Of a DNA stretch of 64,000 nt, positions 10,319-21,200 are shown piece after piece. Numbering within the stretch: position 1 is the first letter of the stretch; every line of letters starts with the position of its first letter. Location of the stretch: positions 65,515 to 129,514 of IMG/VR virus record IMGVR_UViG_3300028591_003923, one strand, 5' to 3'. Under the pieces are notes generated by a model. It searched no databases. It was not told where the DNA came from and saw only the letters and a list, made by a program, of their open reading frames with translations. The DNA comes from a virus. Its lineage: Duplodnaviria; Caudoviricetes. The position numbers and the translations under genes were made by a program.

Positions 10319-11347
10319 ATGGCAAGTATTCTTGATAAATATGGAATCAAAGAGGTTGCTGACGTAGTATTCTATGAGTTAGATAGTTCAGGTGCTCCTT
10401 CTGCTCCTGCTCTTTACCTCGATTCTTTAAAGGTTTCTACAGTTGAGCAGTCTGCTGAAACTGTAGATGCTACAGGTGGTAAAGGTAACGTTAAGCTGCT
10501 TACTTGGGATACAAATAAGGAGATTACGTTAACTCTTGAAGATGCTTTATTTAGTGCTAAATCTCTTGGTATTATGTTTGGCGGTACTATGACTGAGCCA
10601 CTTGATAGTAATGGTAACTCAGCTCAGGAAGTATTAAAAACTTTAAGACCAAAAGATGTAGAAGGTATTGGATTAAAAACAGCTCCTACTACGAAAGCTT
10701 ACTGGAAGTTTAATCTTAAGAATAAGGATTATTGTATTGATAAGTTAAAAGCTACTTATTTTGTATACAATACTGGTGAAACTGAACCAAGTCCTGTCGT
10801 TCCTTCTGCTTCTATCACTACAGACGCTTTTGATTTTATGACTTTTGATTTACTGGATTGCACAGGATTAGATGCTGATGGATATGCTCAAGCTAGAGAT
10901 AATACCTCTGGAGGGTATAACGGAATCGTATCAAAAGGAATCACTATTGATATTACTTCAAACTTTGATTCTAATACATATTATATTACTGGTGATACAT
11001 ATGCTAGAAATTATGAATCTGGTAAAGATGAGTTCTTACAGTTCATTGTTCCGAAGGGAAAAGTTTCTGCAGAAGATGTTTCACTCACAATGGAAGCTGA
11101 TGGAGATCCAGCTACATTCTCAATGACAGTTAATTGCCTGAAAGCTAATGACGATTCAATGATTAAACTTGTTAAGTATACACTCGGTGATGAACAGGGT
11201 GCTGGTACGCTTAATAAGGGCGTAGCTTCAGTTCTTGACCAGTATAATGATACTGGAGACAAGGAAAATAATGGATATGTACCAAATGCTTCTATAGCAA
11301 CACAGAGTCTGAATGATGAGACTACTGCAACAGATTTACAAAACTAA
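10319..11347 (+). CDS. Major tail tube protein
   Basis: 342 aa with ATGGKGN..LLTWD and ADGDPATFSMT motifs; strong RBS; followed by a terminator as expected for an abundant protein. Confidence 0.75.
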   Translation: MASILDKYGIKEVADVVFYELDSSGAPSAPALYLDSLKVSTVEQSAETVDATGGKGNVKLLTWDTNKEITLTLEDALFSAKSLGIMFGGTMTEPLDSNGNSAQEVLKTLRPKDVEGIGLKTAPTTKAYWKFNLKNKDYCIDKLKATYFVYNTGETEPSPVVPSASITTDAFDFMTFDLLDCTGLDADGYAQARDNTSGGYNGIVSKGITIDITSNFDSNTYYITGDTYARNYESGKDEFLQFIVPKGKVSAEDVSLTMEADGDPATFSMTVNCLKANDDSMIKLVKYTLGDEQGAGTLNKGVASVLDQYNDTGDKENNGYVPNASIATQSLNDETTATDLQN

Positions 11348-11366
11348 TTAGACACACTAATTTTGG

Positions 11367-11398
11367 CGGGGAGGCGGCAATCGCCTCCTCGTTTTTCT
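11367..11398 (+). terminator. Intrinsic terminator after major tail gene
   Basis: Near-perfect stem CGGGGAGGCG/CGCCTCCTCG followed by TTTTTCTT. Confidence 0.75.
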
Positions 11399-11410
11399 TA
11401 GGAGAAACAA

Positions 11411-12208
11411 ATGGATAATGAATTTGGTATGCAAGAACTGTACTTTGTGCAGCTAAAATCCACTTATCCTATGGAGATAAATGGAAAACAAATTGCCGCT
11501 GGAGAAACAATCGCGGCATTTGATAAGGTTCAAATAGCCAACTTTCAAGAAATTCATCAAGAGGTAGCCGCGCAAGGTGGTTATGAGGGACGAAAACTGG
11601 TTGTTTGGACAAGGACTAAAGGAGTAGAATTAGCCTTTACACAAGGTATATTTTCAAAAGCACAATTCGGATTACTTAATAATACGGGTTTATTAAAAAT
11701 AGATAAATCCGATTTACAAATTTCACAGCGCGATTACGTAGAAGCTAACGACCAAGGAATTATTGAGCTTACGCATGAGCCTGTGGATAACTGGATTTTC
11801 GTATATAATGCCGAGACAGGTGAAAAATTAACCGACCTGGCGCGCATTGGCGAAAAACAAATTCAGACTCCTTTAGTATATAAAGATGTTATTGTAGATT
11901 ATAATTATGAATATGATAATGGCGCAGTTGCATCTATCGTTGGAAAGGAGTTACTGGAAGGGTGTATAAGTTTGGAAGGACGCTCCAGAATTAAGGACGA
12001 CGTTACAGGTACAACACATACAGCTATTATTAAAATACCACGATTAAAAATAACGTCAAACTTTAACTTACTTTTAGGAGCGAATGCCCAGCCGGTAGTT
12101 GGGAAATTCACGGGAACGGCGTTGCCGATAGAACGTGGGTATGAAAAAGAGATTTTAGAAATTTACTTCCTAGAAGATGATATAGATAAAGATGATGAGT
12201 GGCGTTGA
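11411..12208 (+). CDS. Second tail-tube paralog (minor tail protein)
   Basis: Aligns by eye to 10319..11347: AQGGYEGRKLVVW vs ATGGKGNVKLLTW, GIFSK vs ALFSA, IPRLKIT...GANAQP vs VPKGKVS...EADGDP. Confidence 0.65.
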   Translation: MDNEFGMQELYFVQLKSTYPMEINGKQIAAGETIAAFDKVQIANFQEIHQEVAAQGGYEGRKLVVWTRTKGVELAFTQGIFSKAQFGLLNNTGLLKIDKSDLQISQRDYVEANDQGIIELTHEPVDNWIFVYNAETGEKLTDLARIGEKQIQTPLVYKDVIVDYNYEYDNGAVASIVGKELLEGCISLEGRSRIKDDVTGTTHTAIIKIPRLKITSNFNLLLGANAQPVVGKFTGTALPIERGYEKEILEIYFLEDDIDKDDEWR

Positions 12209-12230
12209 TTTTTAATCAACGTCATTTTTT
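12200..12230 (+). terminator. Intrinsic terminator between second tube gene and tape measure
   Basis: Stem TGGCGTTGATT/AATCAACGTCA followed by T6; overlaps the stop codon of 11411..12208. Confidence 0.6.
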
Positions 12231-12245
12231 ATTGGAGGGAAGAAG

Positions 12246-15200
12246 ATGGCAGATAATGTAGTAGATATATTATTACGTGCAAGAATGGAAGCTGGTGATG
12301 TAGCTTCTGGTGTTAATAGTATTCAAAAAGCTTTGAATGGGTTAACTCTGCCTAAGAATGTATCAGGAGATTTAGAAAAGCAATTTGCTAAAATAGGGCC
12401 TTTATTAAAGGATTATCAAAAACAATTAGATAAAGGTTTTAAAACATCAAAGGATTTAAAGAATTTAGAATTATTAAAAAGTAAAATTACGGATACTTTT
12501 GGTGAAATTAAAGATAGATTACAAGATGTTAATGGACAAGAAATTCGTTTTAAAGCTGACACACAAGAGATTGCAAAATTAGAAAAAGAATTAGACGGAT
12601 TACAGACTAAATTAAAAGATAAAATTGGTGGTATTTATAAAAGCAATCAAACAGATCAAAGCATTAAAACCAATATTAATAATTTACAAAAAGCGTTAAG
12701 TGTTCAATTTAAAAGTGGTAATTTTAAATTCCCTGCATTAAAAGAATTAACTTCTGGTTTGCGTCAAGCTTTAAATACTAAAGACTTTGTTACTTTTAAT
12801 AGTCAAATAGATAATATTCGAGATAAAATTAATAGTTTATCTGCAAGTAGTAAAATTAATATTGCTGATTCTTTAGGACTTAAATATGCAGCGAATGATG
12901 CTAACGCGGCTGGAAGAGAGATTAATAAATTTTTGACTAGTATACAGGTTAATAAAACGGCTGCAAATAGTATTGAAACTTTAAGAACTAAAATCACTGA
13001 AACAGGAAATACTTTACAGCAGCTTAAATTTGATTCAGCTACTAGAGGTGCAGAAGCATTAGGTAATACTAGCAGTGGAATTGATCAATTGATGAATTCT
13101 TTATCTGGTGCAGGGCAAAGTGCAGAACAAGCTGCAAATGGTATGTTGTCTATGCAGCAACAAGTTGATCAATTAAAGACATCTACACAATATTTCTTTA
13201 GTTTAAGAAATATGATTAACTTGTTAAAACAAGGCGTTTCACAAGCTGTTGATACAATTAAAGAACTTGATGCAGCAATGACGGAAACTGCGGTTGTAGT
13301 ACCAGAATGGGATGTTGGAGATATGTGGGCAAAATTGCCTGAATATACTCAAAACGCTAATAAATTGGGTGCTACTGTAGTAGATTTGTATAAAGCTACT
13401 ACTTTGTATTATCAGCAGGGCCTTCGTGGAAATGAAGTTATGGATATAGCGGCAGAAACCATGAAAATGGCTCGTATCGGTGGTCTTGAAGCTGCTGATG
13501 CTACAGATAAAATGACTGCAGCTTTGCGTGGATTTAATATGGAAATTAACCAAGAATCAGCGCAAAGAATTAATGATGTTTATTCAAATTTGGCGGCGAA
13601 TACTGCTTCTAATACAGAAGAACTTGGTACTGCTATGCAACGTACGGCGTCAATTGCTGCATCAGCAGGAATGAGTTTTGAGGGTACTGCAGCGTTTTTG
13701 GCACAAGCAATTGAAACAACAAGAGAGCCTGCTGAAAATCTTGGTACTGCAATGAAGACAATTGTAGCAAGATTTACTGAACTCAAAAAAAATCCTCTTG
13801 AAATTAGTGAAGTAGATGGTGAAGAAGTTAGTTATAATAAGGTTGATACCGCATTACAATCTATAGGAGTTTCTTTAAAAGATACTAATGGTCAATTTAG
13901 AGATTTAGACCAAGTATTCTTAGATATTTCACAGCGTTGGGATAGCTTAACACAAACACAACAAAGGTATATTGCAACTCAGGCCGCAGGTTCTCGTCAG
14001 CAATCACGTTTTATTGCTATGATGAGTAACTATCAAAGAACCACTGAATTAATGGATTTTGCTAATAATTCAGAAGGAGCTTCACAAGAACAATTTGAAA
14101 AGACTATGGAATCCCTTGAAGCAAAAATGAACAAGCTTAAAAACGCTTGGGACGCCTTTTTAATGGGAATTACCGATAATCAAATTGTTAAAGGTGCGGT
14201 AGATGGTTTAACAGCATTAGTTGGTGGTGTTAATAAACTAATTGATGCTCTTAGCTTAGGTGTTGGTCCTCTTAAATCATTTATGTCATTAATGGCTGCT
14301 TTTACTGGTTTAAAAATGGGTGGTCGTTTTGTTAATTCGATGATTGGAGGACTTGGTGGATTAGTTGATCCAGCTTCTAGTTTTGGAGCCGGTTTTAAAA
14401 GTGGTATGGTGGGACGTGGTAATCCTGCTTTAGCAAGTCAAATATATAATCCTATAGTTGCTGCTATTCATGAATTAGGCGCGGCAATGGGGCGCACCTT
14501 TGGTAATGGTAGTGGCGCGAATTCTTTATTTAATAAAACTGCGGATCAAATTAGGTATGATGCTTATAAAGCAGCACATCAAGAATTTAAAAACATTGCT
14601 TTTAATCGTGGTGAATATGAAAATAAAAATGCTACAGTAAATGATTTAACAAAAGCATTAAGTAAGTTAGATACAAAAGATCAGAATTTTTTAGGAAAAG
14701 CGTTTTTTAATACCACTAATGCAGCAAGACAAGCAATTTTTGGAGGTTGGAATAAAAAAGCTTATAGCTTTCATGGTCATGGAGAAGGAGAGCGAGCTTT
14801 TGGTAGAATTTCCATGCCAATGTTAAATAAGGCAGATAAAGCTATATATGCGGATGTAAAAAATAATTCGTTACCGTTATCTGAATATTTTAAACGAATA
14901 CAAGATCCAGGAGTTATTAGACAAGCTTTAGATAATGCAAAAGCTGACACGAATAGTCCTATATATAAATTTGTTAGTAATTTAGATAAAGGTATTACTG
15001 AACGCGTGACTCAGGCGGCTTCTTCTGTAGAAGAAAAAATTAAAAATTCTAACCTATCTGATGAAAAGAAGCAGGCTGCTTTAGATAAATTTAAATCTGG
15101 TGATTTTAATCAAAAAGCCAGAGATGCGGAAATTGCAAGAATGCAAGCAAAAGGGATATTACCTAATGGAGAGGAAACTTTTAAAAATTCTGGAGTTGGA

Positions 15201-18200
15201 AAGGTTTTAGATCATATTAGTGGTTTTGGCTCTTCTATGGCATCTGCAGGAATGGGCTTACGTTCGTTTGGTAGTTTGTTACAACAATCTGCTAATCCTG
15301 CTATAGCTACTTTTGGAACTGCATTAACTACAGCTGGTAGTTTATTAAGCACTATAGGAATGGGAGTAACGGGTCTTACTTCTGCTTTTTCATCTGCTTC
15401 AGCGTCTATTTCTGCTGCTACGGGTTTAATAGGAGGAGCTGCGACAGCTTTAACCGCAGGATTATTTGCATTAGTGGGTGTAGTTGCTGCAGCAATTATT
15501 TTAGAAAATAAACGTAGAGCTGATATTAAAAAGCGTGCAGAAGAGATTACTACCAACTATAAAGATAAAACTAAGGAGACTTCTTCTAATATAAGTGATT
15601 TACAAACTTGGCAAGATGAAATGCCACGACTTGCTAAAGGTGTTGATAAAAACGGTAATAATATTAATTTAGATGCTTCTGATTATCAACATTATTTAGA
15701 AATAGTAGATCGTATAGCAGAATTAAATCCTGAAATAGTTAAAGGATATAATGCACAAGGACATGCAATTGTTGATAATAACACTGCTTTACAGAAAACC
15801 CTAGATTTACAAAAAGATAATCAAAGATTAGCTGTTGAAGAATATACTAGTGATGATTCAATTAAAGCTTTAATAGAAGCTAGAGATTTAAATAAAACTC
15901 TTGGTGGATATACTGGTGGTAAACGAACAGTTGGTGGTAAATATACAAAAATAAATTATCAAGATAGTATGCTTGCTCCTCAAAAAACAATGATGGAACA
16001 GGCAAAGAAAATGGTTCAATCTTTAACTAAAGCGGGATTATCAAATGAAGATTTTAAAGATTTTGGTATAGATTTATCTGCTTTAGAACAAGGTAATCAA
16101 GCTGCAATTAGTGCTTTATCAAATAATATTGATAAGATTAAAATTCGTGCTAAAGCTAAAATGCAGGAATTTGGTGATGAGGTTTCTGATAGTACAAAAG
16201 AAGCTTTTGATAAGAGTGTAAGTGGTTTTACAAATGCTGCTAGTGACCTTGATGAAATGATTACACCACTTTATGATGCTTTATCAGCTAAAATGTCTAA
16301 TTCTAATGCATTTCAAAATATTCCTGATGATATGGTTACTTATTTTAATCAGGGATTAAAAAATATTGCTGCAGATAGCAAGTTAAGTTTTGATGAAATG
16401 ATGAGCGAATCTCGCGCTTTATCTAATGAATTTGTAAATTTAACTGCTAAAGGTACTGACTATGATAAAGCGATGGATAAAATCGCTAAAGCACAAGAAA
16501 AATTTGGTGAAAATTTAGATACTGCAGCATATGATAAGGCAGCAGATGATGTAGTTAAAGATTTAAATAAAATTAAAGATGGTGTTGATTCTACTTCAAC
16601 TTATGGTCAAGCTTTAACAGAATTTTTAGATAATCAAATTGCTCAAGTTCGTGATTTTACCAAAGATGGTGTAGCTAATGTTGCTGAAGCATTAAATACC
16701 ATGACGGATAGAATTTCTGCTGCGGAAGGTGCTTTAGAATCATTTAAAAAAGTAGAAGAAGGAAGTAATTTTTCTACTGCTGCAGATAATTTAAAGGAAA
16801 TTTATGATACTGTAACAGAAAAAGGAAGCAATGGCGAAGCTAATAAGCATGCTGCGGGGTTAGGAGATCAATCTTATTGGGCTGCCGCTGAAGCTATTTT
16901 TGGTAGAGATAACTTAAAAAGTAAAGATAAGGCTGCAGTAGATAAAATGTTTTCTGGCATCAGTAAAATGATGCAAGAAGGCGAGACAGGGGCATTAGCT
17001 TTTCGTGATAAATGGGTTTCTGCACGAAAAGAATTAGAAAAAATTAATGGGTTAACTTTGCATGAAAGTGGCTGGTTAAAAGAAATAGATGAAGATGTTA
17101 ATCCGGAAGCTTTTAAAGAAATAGCTGATACTTTAGGTATGTCTGAAGATACATTAACAGCTATGTTAAATAAGGCTCGTCAATTTGTTAATTTGGATTT
17201 TAGTGATTTAGCAGATGTACGAAAGGGATTAGCAACTAGTGAATCTACTATTACTGGGATAGAGCCAAAGAATGGTAAAGGTAAACGAAGTTTATATATA
17301 AAAGAAGAAGCCTTATACGCAGAGTTTGCTAATGCTGGTATTACTAATATAAATGAGCAAGAAAAATATAGAAAACGATTAGAAAGCGAGCAAAATGTAA
17401 AAACCATTACAGAAGCTGCTAAAATAGGGATTGAAGAATTTAAAGATATGGGTATTCATTCTCAAGAATCTTTAATTTCTATTTTAAATGATACGGGTCA
17501 ATTTACAAAAGATGAAATACAAGAATATGCGGAAAGTTATTCAAAAGCTAAGTTTAATAAAGAAGAATTTGATAAACAATTTGCAGCAGATGAAGCTTTA
17601 AAAGACCCGGTTGCGGGCGCGCAATTAGAATCATTAAAGAGTTTGGATGCGGCAGTAGCTACTATTGTTGATATTTTAGGCAATCAAAGAATAGCAGAAG
17701 GACATTTAGATAATCCAAGAGCTGAAAAAGCTGAGAAAATGCTTTTCGGTGAAAACGGTAATGATACTGAGGCGCAACGTTTTTGGCAAGGGAAAAATGC
17801 TGAAGGTGGCCTTATTTCAAGAAATGATTATATAGCAACTGGTAAAAGTTTAGATTCTTTTATAGCTGAAACGAATGAATATCTTCAAGAATTAGAAGAA
17901 GGTAGGAAAAACGCAAAAACAGGAAAAGAAAGAGATAAATTCCGTGATGAAATAGAGCGTTTTGAATATATGCTTGAAAGAGCAAAAGTATATCGTGATG
18001 AAGCAGAAGGTAACTATCATAAAACTAATGACAAAAAAATAGCAAAAGTTAATGAAGAAACAAATGGTTTCTTAGATGGTAAAACTTGGGAAGATTTTAA
18101 AGGTAAAAAGGGAAATATATTAGATACTTTATATCAAGCTTCTCAAGAACCAATTTCTGCTGTAACCGACAGTTTGATTACTGAATTGCATAATGCGGGT

Positions 18201-21200
18201 TTACACTTAAAAGATGCTTATGAAGCTGGTTTAATTACAGATGAAGCTTATAAAGCTTATACACAAAAAGCCAAAAAAGATAGACAAAAGAGAAATGATG
18301 CTGAACAACAAGGTAAAGACGAAGCTGATGAAGAAACTAATAAAAAAGAACAAGAAAAGCGACAAAAAGAAGCTGCAGAAAAAGCAAGAATAGCTGCAGA
18401 ACAACGAGAACGTGAAAATGCTGCTAAGAATGAAAGTACAGAAACAGAAAAACAAATTCAAGAAGACTTTAAAAAGCAACAGCAAGAAGAAGCTGCAAAG
18501 AAAGCGAGAGTTGCCGCTGAACAGAGGGCAAGGGAAAATGCCGCAAAATTTACCAACACAGAAGAACAAGGTGCATTTGATCAATATACTCCAGAAGAAG
18601 CACAAAAAGCAGGTCAAAATTTAAAGAATTGGTGGAATAATCTTTTTAAATCATTTAAAATGGACACTAGTGAAAATGCTCTTGGTTTTAGTTCAGAAGA
18701 TATTGACACTAGTGGTTTAGATAGTGCTGCAGAAGGTGCGAAAGATGTGGCTGATGGCGCGAAGGCAGCGTCAGATGAATTAGAAAAGAATAAAAATTCA
18801 ATTACTAATGTTGCTTCAGCTGTAACTAGTGGATTAAATTATGCTAACAAGGGGGTTAAAACTTTTGTTCAAAATGCAAAAGAAGCTTCTAGTTCTAGTT
18901 TGCAAGGAAAGCCTAAAGAAAAGGGTACTACTATTCCTGGTGTTGGATACGTTGATAAAAGTGGTAAAATAATAACTGGTAATGGTTCTAAAAAAGAAGA
19001 ACCTAAAAAAGCTATACCTGAAAATCAAACTGTTACTTTAAAAATTGATGCAGACTATACTCAAGTTACCGCTGCTAAGAAAGAAATTAATTCTACTATT
19101 AAATTAGCAAATAAAGGTGCAGAGTTAAAAGTTACTAGTACTAATGATGTTGAATCTACTCAAAAGAAAATGAGTCAGGTTCAAAAACAAGCATCTAAAG
19201 GAGTTAAAGGTGGAAAAGTTAGTTTTTCTACTAGTGCTGATACTTCTGGAGCATACAAAGGTATAGACAGTATTGTTAATAAAGCTAATAAAACTACTGC
19301 AAAAGTAAAAGTTACTTCTGTAAAAGCAGACGGTGCTTATGATGCAATTAACGCTTTAAAGTCTTATGCTGAAAAATCTGTTTCTTTTGGTGTAAATGTT
19401 AAACCTGGGCAAAAACGTAGTTTTAGTGTCTCTGTTAAAGCAGATTATCTTGGTCAAAATAATACCGGTGCTATACCTTCACTATCAAATTTAGGTTCTG
19501 CTGCAACAGGTACTTCTAAACCAGGTACTGGTCGTTTAGGTCCTAAAGGTAGAGGTGGATTAACTCTTACTGGAGAACTTGGGTATGAAGTAGCTTGGTT
19601 ACCTCGTCAGCATCGTTCAATGATTCTTGGTGTAAATGGACCAGAAATGGTTAATTTACCAGGAGATGCAGTTGTTTGGAATCATGAACAGTCAAAACAA
19701 ATTGTTAAAAAGAATCAAATTCCAAGTGGTTCGGCTGCGATTGGTGCTGGTTCGATGGATGCTACTTCCGAAGACTGGCCTGATAGTTTGGGTGAAGAGA
19801 AGAAAAAAGGTTCTAAAAAGAAAGGAAAGAATTCTAACAGTGATAAAGAAAATAAAAAGAATTCTAAGAAAACTGGTAAAGCAGTTGACCAATGGATAAA
19901 ATGGGCCGGAAAGATTGGTAAAATTACTAACTGGTGGGAAAATATAAGTCGTAAAGTCGAAGGCGCGCAGCGTATAGTAGATAAGAATCAAAAAGATTTT
20001 GAAAAAGTTCTCAAAGCCGTTGGAACCACTTTATCTTCAATTCAAGGCTCAATTGATAAATATCAAAAGAGCTTAGAGACTTCTATTAAAGTTAACCAAG
20101 AGATTTATGATCATTATACTACGCGGTTAGAAAACTTTGATAAGAACGGCGGTAGCAGAACTAAAATTAATAAATATAATACTACTTCTGAAAAAGCTTC
20201 GCAATTAAAAGCGAGTATTGATGCAGCAGGTTCAAAAGGAAAAGTTAAATATGGCGGTAAGAAAATTTCTGTTAAATCCGCTAGAAAAAAATTAAAACAG
20301 CTTAATAATACTGCGAAAAAGCAAAAGAAAAATGCGGTAGCACCAGAAGGAGTTGCAACAGTTACTTGGGATGATACGGCAATTGTTAAAAAAGGCAGTA
20401 AAAAGAAAAAGCAAAAGGTAAAACGTAAAGCTGCTATTGACTTTTCTGAAATCGTTTATTTTGACCCTGAAACCGGAGCTTATATTGCAGATACAGATAA
20501 GATTAATAATGCTGCAAAAATTAAGAAAGGTAAGAATAAAGGAAAAGTTAATAAAAAAGAAGCTCAAGCTATTCAAAAGAAAGCTAATGAATATATTGAT
20601 ACTGCTACTCAGCGTCGTAATACTGCGGAAGATAAAATTAATGCCGCGCGAGAAGCATTAAATAAGTTAGCGGATGATACATATAATATGTTTAATCGTT
20701 GGGAAAAGAGCCTGACTGAAACATATTTAATATCTAAAAAACTTGAAGCTTTACAGAAAAAGAGCGACATTTATGACGCACAAAAAGAATATATTACTGC
20801 TAGAACATCTGCAGGATATCATACCGAAGAATCATTTGACCAATTACAAAAAGTTTTAATTGATAAACAAAATAATTTAGTTGAACAACTTCATGCTAAT
20901 GTTGATAATATTGAAGCTTCATTTTCAGCATATCAGAAATCACTTAACTTCCAAGAATATTATGATAATTTCTTAATTCCTAATTTAAAAGGAATTAATG
21001 GTGAAAGTGAAACTGCTAATAATGATATAAAAGCAGCAAAAATAGTATTCGATTTAATGAAAGAATATGGATTGAATTCTGTTGATACATTTGACCCAGG
21101 TAAAATTAAAGAGATATATAAACAATATGCAGAGAATGAATATAATAATGAAACTGATACAGCAGTTCAAAAAGTAATTGACCGTATTGCTGAAAATCAG

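Noticed and set aside
11411-12246. Programmed frameshift tail-chaperone pair before the tape measure
   Set aside because: The gene here is a tail-tube paralog ending in a terminator, and there is no room for a second overlapping ORF.
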